Below are positions 53,009 to 64,000 of a DNA stretch of 64,000 nt, piece by piece. The stretch spans positions 23,808,001 to 23,872,000 of the forward strand of contig NW_025963857.1 of assembly GCF_023055435.1 (NCBI RefSeq). The letters run 5' to 3'. The position numbers and the translations under genes were made by a program. Positions within the stretch are counted from its first letter, which is position 1. Every line of letters begins with the position of its first letter. The notes beneath the pieces were generated by a model, which worked only from the letters and a program-made list of their open reading frames with translations, was not told the DNA's origin and did not search any database. The stretch comes from Haliotis rufescens (Eukaryota).

Positions 53009-54399
53009 TATGTATATTTGTAACAATAACTGAATGATGAATGATTATATGGAGAAGCGTAAAGCCGATGTTCTCACACAATGTATCTGACAATGTATTT
53101 TGTGACAAATGTATTTCGCTGTTTCAGATTTTTCTTAAAGAAAACGTCAGTACATTCCATTACATGTATTACATTATAATTATTTGTTATTAAAATTTCC
53201 TTGTGATCTGTTTGCAGATATGTCAGTTTTCACTTAGGTATACTCAATTCACGATGAAGCACATAATATCTCGACATTAAGGGGATAAAACAAGGACTGG
53301 TCGGCATGGGGTCAGCACGCTGTGTTTGAGTGGAATGCCCATGTTAAACTGTGGCATGGTATCTTAGTGTGCTAGTGCTATAAGACGACACAAATCCGGA
53401 CTAGTACAAGCAGACAAGTAAAAGGCGACTATGCTTGTCGTAAGAGGCGACAAACGGGATCGGGTGGTCAGGCTCGCTGACTTGGTTGATGCATGTCATC
53501 GTATTCAAACTGCGTGGATCGATGCTCATGATGTCAATCAGTGGTTTGTCTGGTCCAGACTCGATTATTTACAGACCGCCGCCATATAGCTTGAATATTG
53601 CTGTGTACGGCATTAAACAACAAACAAACAAACAAAAGAATGAACATTTCATCTTGATGTGGAAGGAAGCCAAAACTACTTCGGGTCAAACCTAGAAACC
53701 ATCATGAAATAGAATCTAAGATTCGAACCCATGATCACAGGTTTCTGGTACACCCAAGGGACGCTACTCTGCTCAGCGAACTGCAGCACCTTAGACGACA
53801 GGTCAACCCGTTCTCCTGTTGCGGTATGACCAAAGTGAGCTGCCGTAGTTGTTGATTGTGTATCAACCAAGCATCGACAAGAGGTTTTTTATTGGGTGAT
53901 AAGATAACACTGTGCCAGACACATACGAGATCACAGGCTAGCACTTCACGTTATCATTACGCTTATCTGTTCACACTGGCAAACTGTTTAAAAATGAACG
54001 AATGAATTTTAATACGAGCGACGAGGTCGGTATGTTCTGACTTGGTTCGAATCCCTGTTCGCGTCGATAACGTTTCTTGTTTTGTCAGTACCATACCCGT
54101 GGCGGTGGGTTTTACCAAAGCAGTTAACGTCTAAGACCTGCATCACCTAGGGCTTTCCTAAAAAAAATATATAAAACATTTTTATTAAAAAAACAAAAAA
54201 AACTAGGGCTTTCCCCTCACATTCCGCTCACATTCCGCTCACTCACTCACTCACTCACTCACTCACTCACTCACTCACTCAGACTTATCTGTGTTATCAC
54301 ACGGGCCCATGCGGAGATATCCTTGAATCCACTGTTGATAAAGGTTGTCCTATCTACAGTGCATTCATCAACGTATGCGTCACTGTAAAATTAAATAAA

Positions 54400-57300
54400 A
54401 TGGCTTCCTATACTGTTGTGTTTCTCTCTCTGTGTATGTCAACATGGACCAGCGGCGGTGCCAAGACACCAGAGACATGTAAGTATACACAGACGTCCTG
54501 GTGACCCCTAACCTTCCACCTTCCACCTCTAATATCCATTCTGACCTGATCAAACAGGCAACCTCGGGTCGTCGGCAGTTTAATGATGATACGAGGCTGT
54601 CTGTTCGTCAGGTAAAAATGTCTACCAAGGTCATGGGCTTATTTGAGGAATACTACTATTCCACACAGACCACGAATCCCACGAATTGATAAATTTTAGG
54701 ATTCGTAGTCGAATTTACAATCAGTGAAATTCTTAACTGATTCGCATATATTCGTAGTTAGTTCTTACAATCCTTGAGCTATCGGGAATTCGTGGCAAAA
54801 GTTTTGAGCTGTTCAAAGTTTTGGCCACGAACTCCCGATTCAAAAATATCGTAGTTAATTCGTAACAAATTCGTAATGCATTCTTAGGCATCGTAACTGA
54901 ATCGGTATCGATTCGTAGGCATTCGTAGGTATTCATAAGTCATTCGGGGATTCGTGAATTCGTGGCTTTACGACGAATCGGCTACGAATCTGTCATGAAT
55001 CCCACGAATACACGCCGAAGCTATCTTGATGGAAAAATCCACCCCAAAATTGTCAAGAATAGTCACGAATTCATTTATTTTTCGTACCTGATTCGTACAA
55101 TTCGGCGTATTCTTAACTGATTCGTAACTGATTCCTAACTTTCGTGCAGTATTCCTAATAGCTTCTTGTAAATCGTAGTGAATTCTTGACAATATTCAAG
55201 CGAATCCAGCCGAATCCCACGAATATTCGTAATTATAATATCGTACCTGTATCGTAACTAGATCGTAGAGCGTCACGAATTGAACCAGAATATTTGCTAA
55301 ATTCAATATGACAGGGTGACAACAAGTACCATCTTTTAACGTCTTTCAGTATGACGCGGCCGGGGATCGAACCCCGGACCTTCCGCTCTCCGGGCGGACG
55401 CTCTACCACTAGACCACGGAGGCGGTCTGATGTTTTGGAAAGTGGGTAGGGTGGGCGTCCATTATATTGGATCTCATCGTTATCGTTTTCGCTTGACCAA
55501 ACAGCCTCACGTTCATTGGGCGCGATAGGTAGGCTAGTGGTTAAACGTTCGCTCGTCACGCCTATGGCCAGGGTTTGATTTCCAACAAGTGTGAAGCCCA
55601 TGTCTGGTGTCCCTGTCGTGATATTGCTGCAGTAGAGCTTAGAGCGGCTTAAAACCATACTCACTCATTATATTGTCCAAGTACCTACGGATGCCTATGC
55701 TGCCGGATTAGAGCGGATTGTTATTGTCCTAGTATCTACATATTCCTATGCTTCCTTGGTAGAATAGATCCCACAGACTAAGCTGGTCGCAAGAGGCGAC
55801 TACATATATCAGATGGGTAGGCTCGGTGACGTGGTGAATAGCGTCATGTAGCTGGAACATTCCTGAGTGTGGCGCTAAACAACCAAAGATCTATTTTTTT
55901 TAGTGAGTGAGCTTGGTTTAACCTCGCTTTTTTACAGTATTCCAATTATATCACGGCGTGTCAGCTATATATGGGAGGAAAGCCTGAAGTGATGCAGGTC
56001 TCAGGCGTTTACCACTTTGTTGAAACACACGAGCACGGGTATGGTGCTGACAATACTTGAAACATAATGGGGGCGAACCGGGATTCGAACCCACAATCAA
56101 AGGTTCTACCATGCCCAAGGGACGCAACTCTGCACAGCGAATGGCGGCGCCTTAGACGACTGGTCCACCCGTGCCCCATTTTAATTAGTAAAGTGTGAGT
56201 GAGTATTGTTTTACGCCGCTTTTACATGCACTGTTTTAAAAATAGGCGTACAGCTGGGATGACACTTCACCTCCATCTGAAACGATAAGGCACGGCACAC
56301 AGCCCACCGTTCCATAAGCATTGTTTTTGTAAAAATCACCATCTCTCCGCGAAGCATAAAACCATGCCCTGACCTCAAGTTCCTTTCAGTTACCATGGAG
56401 AGCAACTGTGACCAAACACTTTCCTTCTCCGATAGCATGATTCTGAGGGGGAATCTGTCGTCGTCGTGCAATATGGACGTGGAGACTGATGAAGACGCGC
56501 TAGGCATCCTCATTGACATCACATCCTTCAGCCTCCCCTTGGAATGCAACACCACGCTGGAGATCGTAGATCCGCTCGGGCCTCGAATATCCGGTAAATT
56601 GTTATCATTCTGCAATTGTGTGTCCTTGGGTGAATGAGTAGGTAAGTGAGTATGGTTTTACGCCGCTTTTTAGCAATATTCCAGCATTATCACGGCGGGA
56701 GACACCAGAAATGGGCTTCACACATTGACCCATGAGGGGATTCGAACCCGGATCTATGGCGTGACGAGCGAACGCTTTAACCACTAGACCCCACCGCCCC
56801 GACGACACATTGTGAAACCCCAATCTTGAGAACGTTAGTCAATAGAACAAAGAGGTGAGGTGAAATGGGGTTTAACGTCGCGTCCAAGATTATTGCACTT
56901 ATATAGCGACGTGCATGTACGGGTGAGTGTTTGTGTGGCTGTTTGTACTAGTCCGGACTAATGCCGTTATATATTGCTAGCTCACTGAGATACCATGCCG
57001 CAGTTTAACATGAATACCCCACTCAGACACAGTATACTGACTCCCAGCCGACCAGTCCTTGTTTTAGCCCCATAATGCCGAGCGCCAGACAGGGTAACAA
57101 CAAGTACCATCTTTAAACGTCTTTTAGTATGACGCGGCCGGGGATCGAACCCCGGACCTTCCGCTCTCCGGGCGGACGCTCTACCACTAGACCACGGAGG
57201 CGAACAATAGAACAAAGAAGGCATTGCATTGATGTATTGAGCTTGAAAGTAGTACCTGCTTGGCGACCTCATTTGAATAGTCATCGGATCGTGTTTCAAG

Positions 57301-59234
57301 TTTATCGGATTGGTTTGTCGCATCCATGACTTTAACCATTTATGATAAATACAAGTTGGTCAATACATAGATCTGAAGTACAAAAATGTAGACCAGCCAA
57401 AATGTCAGTATTCATTAAGTTTGTTATGTGATAGTCACGTGAACGAAACTAATATGGATTCCTTCCAGTGCTGGCCGACAGATGGTGTTTCAGACTTACG
57501 TGTTTGGCAAAGTTAGTTTCATTATAACCTTTGTATTATCCATTCCATTTAAAACGGTTGTGAAGAAGTATGGAAAACCGTGTCCGGGGTCCCGTTCCTC
57601 AAAGCGATCTTAGCGCTACGACTGCCGTACGTCTATGTTAAAGCATGGGAGTTACGATCAACTTAGCACTATGATCGCTTTGTGGAACGGGGCCCAGAGG
57701 AGAAGTGTTAACTTGGCGTCCACAAGGATATTATAAGTATTCTGACCTTATTGCACATTACGTTATCATTGGTGACGTCATAACATTGACAAACCCATAC
57801 TCCACTTGATCAAACAGTATAAACATTACGTCAGTTGTGACGTCATATATATTGTGACGTCATTATGTCAACTTAAGTGCAACATGGCGTCTACAAATCA
57901 TTATTATACTATTCTATATATGTTCTACTTTCCACCCAACAGGAACATTGTGCGGCTCCAGATTGGCCACCAAGGTGTTCAACACCTCTGTGCCAGCCAT
58001 AGCTCTGCAGTATGACACGGACACAATAGACTCCGATGCTACCTTCACTATCATACTGACATCGCTCAAACGAGGGCCTATTGGTAAGTTCCCTGTTTAC
58101 TTCTGTGGTACAATGGTAATGACAGTGCACACCTCTACAGCGCGTTATCCACAAAATGGATGTTCAAATGTATCACAGCTTAAGGGAACAGGGTCCATTC
58201 ATTTTGCAGTCTCAGTTCCCCGGGGAGTATACAATCCATGCTGTCTATTTTGCACTGGAAGGTACTGCATTTACGTTTACATCTCATACTACCGGGCACC
58301 CATTGACTGCTGGGTGAATTGAGGCCAATGTATAAGTTGCCTCGACTCAGGAGACGCCACTACGTGTTTAACCTGTGTTTCGGTCATCCTTCGCCATCTG
58401 CTTGTCGGTGTTGGGAGTTATAGAGACTTCTACATTGGCTACTATTAATAAAATATGTTTTAAGATAGATGCATCTGGGTTCTTATACATGTATCTCTGA
58501 TGCGATGGGCTATAATTTTGTTCGAAAATATTCAAGCCGGTATCGGTTTTGATTGGCAAAATGGCGTCCCAAATGAAACCGTCATTCTCATCTTCAAACT
58601 CAAACACGACTTGCTTGTTAATGTGTTCAACAACATCGTTAACAACAACAACAACAACAACAACAACAACCTGATTACGGTACAATCCTTTTTATTCTGG
58701 AAACACATTTGTCCAGGAACTCTCTTCGCTATGGCGTGTCTCGGTTGAGATATTTACAAAATTCATCATGCTGTATTCACGTGTGCATAAAATACTAAGG
58801 AAGGACAAATTAAAGTTAAATCGAAAAATCAAATGTTCCTTTGATCCAAACTCATTTTTCTATTTGTTTTGCTTTGTAAAAACACAAAGTTGTATTTTAT
58901 ATTTAAAAAAAAGTATCAGGAAATAATAGTGAACTAATATAAGTTTTAGCATACTTAACCACTTTTTAGCGTTAAAAGACCACATGGCCAATGGTTTCCA
59001 TTTCCCCAAATTTGTTTTCTTCGTTTTTTAGGAAGCTGCTTCAACGACGCCTTCCAGTGCAGCAACAACTTCTGCATAGCCAAGACGTTAGCCTGCAATG
59101 GTGTGGACGAATGCGCTGATAATTCAGACGAAACTCGCGTCTGCGACAGTTCAGCCCGCCTCTCGTCTGTGCCAGTGTTGACAACGGTTGTAGCATTATT
59201 TGCCGTCATATCGGGTTCAGCCGGACAAAGATGA
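54400..59234 (+). CDS. Cluster gene 6: signal peptide + CUB-like + LDLa + probable GPI-anchor signal, 208 aa; exons 54400-54478, 56390-56593, 57943-58083, 59032-59234
   Basis: Canonical splice sites, all phase 1, 627 nt in frame. MASYTVVFLSLCMSTW..; SNCDQTLSF..SCNMDV..ILIDITSF..ECNTTLEIVD; TLCGS..FTIILTSL; CFNDAFQCSNNFCIAKTLACNGVDECADNSDE; ends DSSARLSSVPVLTTVVALFAVISGSAGQR*. Confidence 0.85.
54665..55300. repeat. Foldback-like repeat rich in ATTCGT/ACGAAT in both orientations (probable non-autonomous DNA element), gene 6 intron 1
   Basis: Dense ATTCGTA and CACGAAT motifs on both strands. Confidence 0.45.
57586..57695. mobile_element. Short hairpin MITE; decayed copies at equivalent positions in gene 4 (~42614-42712) and gene 5 (~50763-51245, split by a SINE D) intron 3
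   Basis: GGGTCCCGTTCCTCAAAGCGATC ... GATCGCTTTGTGGAACGGGGCCC. Confidence 0.65.
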
Positions 59235-60430
59235 TTTCCTGACCTGAATTTTCGATACACTGTTGTTATATGTGTTGTACTCAATACAGAGGTGTGTTCC
59301 TTCTCTGTACAGCCCTTGAATTGTTATGTTTTAATTTAAGGAAGTATTGATTGATGATTGTTTGTTGTTTAACGCCGCACTCAGCAATATTTCAGCTATA
59401 TGACGGCGGTCTGTAAATAATCGAGTCTGGACCAGACAATCCAGTTATTGATATCATGAGCATCGATCCAAGCATTTGTGATACGATGGCATGCATCAAC
59501 CAAGTCAGCAAGCCTGAACACCCGATCCCGTTAGTCGCCTCTTACGCCAAGCATAGTCGCCTTTTACGGCAAGCATTGGAAATGCCTTCTTCATGTCTAC
59601 ATAAGACCTTTTTTTTGAAGGTTTTACTGAGGCCTTGAATGTTGTTACCTTTATCAAACAACTTTTAAGCAAGAGTCTTTGAAATCGCCGAAGAAAAACC
59701 ATGCTCGATTGTTCCTCAGAAGTTGTGGAATGTAAACGCCAAAGGCTGGAGCTGCAAAAATATTGCTCGACATGAATTGAACATTTGCTACTGGAAAGTT
59801 GAGGTCATCCCTCTTGTCATAAGTCTTTGTGGAAAGCGTTTCTCTAAATCTTTATGCATAGATGTAAATATGAAACAGACAAGGTGGTCTCACTGGTCTC
59901 CTTCAGTTCTAGTTCAGGTGGGTAAATCAGTGGAAGGGGATTGGCTATTTAATGATTAAAACACTATAATAACCATCACAACAACCGTCAAATGAGACAG
60001 AGCAAGGACATTTGGGAGCTGTAAAGAATTAGCTGCATATCCATGCCCGTCATAATTAAAAACCAAACAAAAAACATTTGACCCGTGACGATCCGGGGTG
60101 GAATAGGTCTTCAGCAACCCATGCTTGATGTAAAAGGCGATTATACTTGTCGTAAGAGGCGACTAATTGGATCGTGTGGTCAGGCTCGCTGACTTGGTTG
60201 ATGCATGTCATCGTATTCCAATTGCTAGGGACCCTTTATGATCCAGGGTAGAATAGGTCTTCAGCAACCCATTCTTGCTGTAAAGGGCGACTAACGGGAT
60301 CGTGTGGTCAATCAGTGTTACTTTCGGCAATTCTCGTAATAAAACTCATAAAATGAAACCTTAGATATAAAACAAGATGGCTGCCATGATGAGAAGCACA
60401 ACACCCATGTGTATTGCTATAACACACAAC

Positions 60431-60597
60431 GGGGCGGTCGGGTAGCCTCGCGGTTAAAGCGTTCGCTCGTCACGCCGAAGATCCGGGTTCGATTCCCTAC
60501 ATGGGCACACTGTGTGAAGCCCATTTCTGGTGTCCCCCACCGTGATATTGCTGTAATATTGCTAAAAGCGGCGTAAAACCATACTCACTCACTCACT
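60431..60597 (+). mobile_element. SINE family B (tRNA-Asp-like head, ~165 bp), representative copy. Others at ~1799-1962, 5378-5613, 5815-5980, 6489-6642, 15686-15832, 25412-25575, 25726-25891, 28434-28600, 56633-56800, 63476-63636 (all -), and 33400-33590, 55525-55667 (+)
   Basis: Family consensus GGTAGCCTAGTGGTTAAAGCGTTCGCTCGTCACGCCGAAGACCCGGGTTCGATTCCC (GTC anticodon-like loop, A/B boxes) plus the shared 3' tail. Confidence 0.9.
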
Positions 60598-60919
60598 AAG
60601 CATTGGCAACTTCGGTCAACAGGATCTTGAATTCCAACTGTGCAAGTTAGGTCCGGTTGAATAATGGCACGTCACAAATATGCCCGTAAACAGGACGTAT
60701 TGTATCCGTATATTAAATATTTATCATGCATTATGATCAGAAATGTCGGCTTTTATGACATCATCGGGTAATGCGGATCTTTTCTGACCTGAAATCCACT
60801 TGATGATTCTCAGCGAAACTAAAGTGTGAAATTAAAGTTAGTATTACATTGATCGTAATACTAAGTTTAATTTTACACTTTAGTTGGGGGAGAGAGAGTG
60901 TGTGCGTGTGTGTTTGTGT

Positions 60920-60950
<31 letters not shown>

Positions 60951-62466
60951 GGGGGGGGGTTTGATTGACATTGCGCTTATTGTAAGGCGACTAAATTGTT
61001 CGGTATAAGAGGTACAAAATTATTTCAACATAATACATATACATATAAATGGAGAATAGATACAAAACATCTTTGCCGACCATGCATGATATACACATGC
61101 ACAGATTCTCCTGGTAACTATATGTGGGCAATTATATAGGGAGTGAGTTACTTGATAGGTTTAAACAATGAAGTATTGACTGCAAATATGGACAATTTTC
61201 TCAATGTTCCTAATCGTGGATTATTGAAAGGTAAATTCATTTTATACATATTGGGTTCAATGTTGTAGAATCTGTGTAAAAAGTGTGTGTGTTTTTTCTT
61301 TTTCTAAAGATGGACAAATAATCAAATAATGGAATTCATCACCTATGTCAGATAGTTTACAAAGTTGACATTTTCTTTCGGTTACAGCTATTTCCCCATC
61401 TCCCAGTTTCATTAGGTAGATTATGGTTCTAAACTTAAGTGACCGCCTCCGTGTTCTTGCGATAGAGCGTTCGCCCGGAGGGCGGAAGGCCCGGCCGCGT
61501 CATACCAAATGACGTTAAAAGATGGTACTTGTTGTTACCCTGTTTGGCGCTCGGCTTTAGGGGGCTAAAACAAGGACTGGTCGGCTCGGAGTCAGTATAC
61601 TGTGTCTGAGTGGGGTATTCATGTTAAACTGCGGCATGGTATCAGTGAGCTAGCACTATAAATCGGCATCAGTCCGGACTAGTACAAGCAGTCACACAAA
61701 CACACAAACACACACGTGCATGCGCGTCGCTATATAAGTGCAATAATCGCGACGTTAAACCCAATTTCACCTCGCTTCTAAACTTAAGCAAGACTCGCCA
61801 AACGTTTTCCTGCAGTACTTTTTAGTAATATTCAAAATTTAGAATTATCATTTTTTTATGACACAAAACATTGCGCCTTTTGAACGACGTGTGGTTCAAC
61901 ATCAACCACTGGTTTGTTTCGGCCATTATTTACAGGCCGCAATCCGACAGCTGGATAACAATATGCAAACTGCAGTTGAATGTGAATCTCCTGCCTGTAT
62001 GTTTCTGTACATTATAGCTAAATGGATACAATTGTCATAAAATTATCTTGGAAGTATCATAGAATTATCATAGTTAGTGAGTTGGGCTTAACGCCGCGTT
62101 GAACAGTATTCCAGTTATATCACGGCGTGTCAGCTTAATGTGGGAGGAAAGCCCGAAGTGATGCAGGTCTCAGACGTTTACCACTTCGGTGAAACCCACG
62201 AGCACGGGTATGGTGCTGACAAACCTAGAAACATAATTGGGGCGAACCGGGATTCGAACCCACAATCATAGGTTTCTGGCGTGCCAAAGGGACGCAACTC
62301 TGCACAGCGAATCGCGGCGCCTTAGACAACTGAGCCACCCGTGCCCCCGAATTATCATAGAATGTGTGTTCATTGCTTCCGGCTGTGGGATCTGTGCCAA
62401 TTTACACTTGTCAGAGGGGTACACAAAGTACGTGATCTAGACTACCAGTTGTCGGATTTTGTGGAA

Positions 62467-62605
62467 GCTTCGGTGGCTGAGTGGGTTAGCTCGCTGATTT
62501 TGTGTGATGGCGATTAGGTGCCTTACTGTGGCAGTGTGGGTTCGAATCCCAGATGGGACTCAACCCACAAATAAGTACTAGAATCTGTACTTTACTAAGA
62601 AAGTG
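62467..62605 (+). mobile_element. Single tRNA-derived SINE-like element of a further family
   Basis: A-box TGGCTGAGTGG and B-box GGGTTCGAATCCC without a normal cloverleaf. Confidence 0.5.
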
Positions 62606-62896
62606 TTATCCAAGAATAATCATAAAGTATCATAAACTTATCGTAAAATTAACGTAGAATAATCATAACATTATCGTAAAATTATCATATGTCGAAACAT
62701 TAAGAAAGTCTAGTTTTAATCTATATCAACACATGTGATAAAATTGCCACACTTGTAAATAATGCTGATCATGGGACCTATAATGCGGCAGTCGCATGTC
62801 CTTATATGGACGAAGCAGTTAAATATTCAAATACCGGATCTCCCAAGCATATTTAAATGAGTAGACTCTTGTCTCACTGAACATCTTGACTCGAAG

Positions 62897-63446
62897 ATGA
62901 ACACGTGGTGTACGTTCGTGCTGTTGCTACCCCTGCTGCGGGCGTCGCTAACTCATGAAGTCACGGTTCAGCTTGATGAACTCGCGACTGCTGTTGGTGT
63001 TGAGAAGTGTCGTCTACGTCCACGCGGACACGCGTCAAACCAAGAGACGGTTGTCCTCTACGACGACGAGAAATTGATATATAATTTCTGTTTGAAGAAA
63101 AGGAAATCGTTTTCGCTAGAAAAATTGCGGTACTCCAATGACGGCCTGTCGGATCTCCTGACCTTCCATCTTGATTACCAGGAGGTCGGAAGCTGGGTAA
63201 CGCGAGAAAAACGTGGTGATGGTGTATTATGGAACACTATACTGGAAGTCGAAAATTTCGGTGAAAATGTAAGTGTCGAAGCGGGCAATCATCAGTTGAC
63301 GGTCAAGGTGGAGGACGGTGACCAGTATGGGGTAGAGCTGGACTCACTGACCTTCAGCCTGGACACAACAGATGCTGACGACGATAGCCAATGCAGGATC
63401 CCCGGATCACAAGCCATTACGCCTCTCTTCGGAGGATGCGACCCAG
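62897..63446 (+). CDS. First coding exon of a secreted protein with a putative CBM6/CBM35-like beta-sandwich domain; the gene probably continues beyond the window
   Basis: Signal peptide MNTWCTFVLLLPLLRAS; 183 stop-free codons; motifs ASNQETVVL, LRYSNDG, LWNT, AGNHQLTVKV, YGVELDSLTF; donor CAG|GTAAT at 63446/63447. The rest of the listed ORF runs into intron and SINE sequence. Confidence 0.7.
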
Positions 63447-64000
63447 GTAATTTGTTTTTTCTGTCTTCTGAGAGAGTGAGTGAGTTTGATTTTACGCCGC
63501 TTTTAGCAATATTCCAGCAATATCATGGCGGGGGACACTAGAAATGGGCTTCACACATTGTACCCATGTTGGGAATCGAACCCGGTCTTCGGTGTGACGA
63601 GCGAACGCTTTAACCACTAGGATACCCGACCGCCCCTCTGTCATCTGAGATCCCTAGGGAATCCGGGGTAGAATTGATTCCCATCAACCTATGTTTGTTG
63701 TTGGAAGAAATGTGGATCGGTTGGTCCGGTTCGGTGACTTGGTTGTTTGCGTGTCTTCATACTCCTATAGCATAGGCGTTGCTCATAATATCGATCACTG
63801 GTATGTCTGGTTCAGACTCGACAATTTACAGGCCGCCCTCATATAGTTGTATTATTGCTGAGTGTGGCGAATACGAACACCATCATTATATGTGTGTGTC
63901 TTATTTTGCATTTGGGTTGTTTTATAACCTTCATTACAGTGAGTGAGTATAGTTTCAAGCCGCTTTTAGCAATATTCCAGCAATATCACGGCGGGGGACA

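Noticed and set aside
60431-60505. tRNA-Asp/Leu-like sequences as real tRNA genes
   Set aside because: Acceptor stems do not pair and each continues into a SINE body and tail; these are SINE heads.
63447-63541. C-terminal part of the 214-aa ORF
   Set aside because: Lies past a GT donor and runs into an antisense family-B SINE; treated as intron.

Overview
AT-rich, SINE-dense animal genomic DNA, probably from a mollusc; the taxon is inferred from repeat types only. There is one assembly gap at ~6290-6488. Reading the splice sites by hand reconstructs a tandem cluster of six intact paralogous 4-exon genes that the ORF track shows only in fragments. Each encodes a signal peptide, a divergent CUB-like domain split over exons 2-3, one LDL-receptor class A (LDLa) module and a variable membrane anchor. 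All introns are phase 1. Gene 1 is on the minus strand, head-to-head with genes 2-6 on the plus strand. Genes 1-4 end in a transmembrane helix and a short tail with a terminal YxxPhi motif. Gene 5 ends in a mucin-like stalk plus hydrophobic tip, and gene 6 in a probable GPI signal. Gene 4 is a mosaic: its exons 1-3 match gene 5 and its exon 4 matches gene 3. A seventh, unrelated secreted-protein gene with a CBM-like beta-sandwich starts at 62897. The rest comprises four abundant SINE families sharing a 3' tail, Tc1/mariner relics, 9-bp-TSD MITEs, Penelope-like RT fragments, a palindromic element with a variant hammerhead core, and several minisatellites, one amplified from a 5' splice site.
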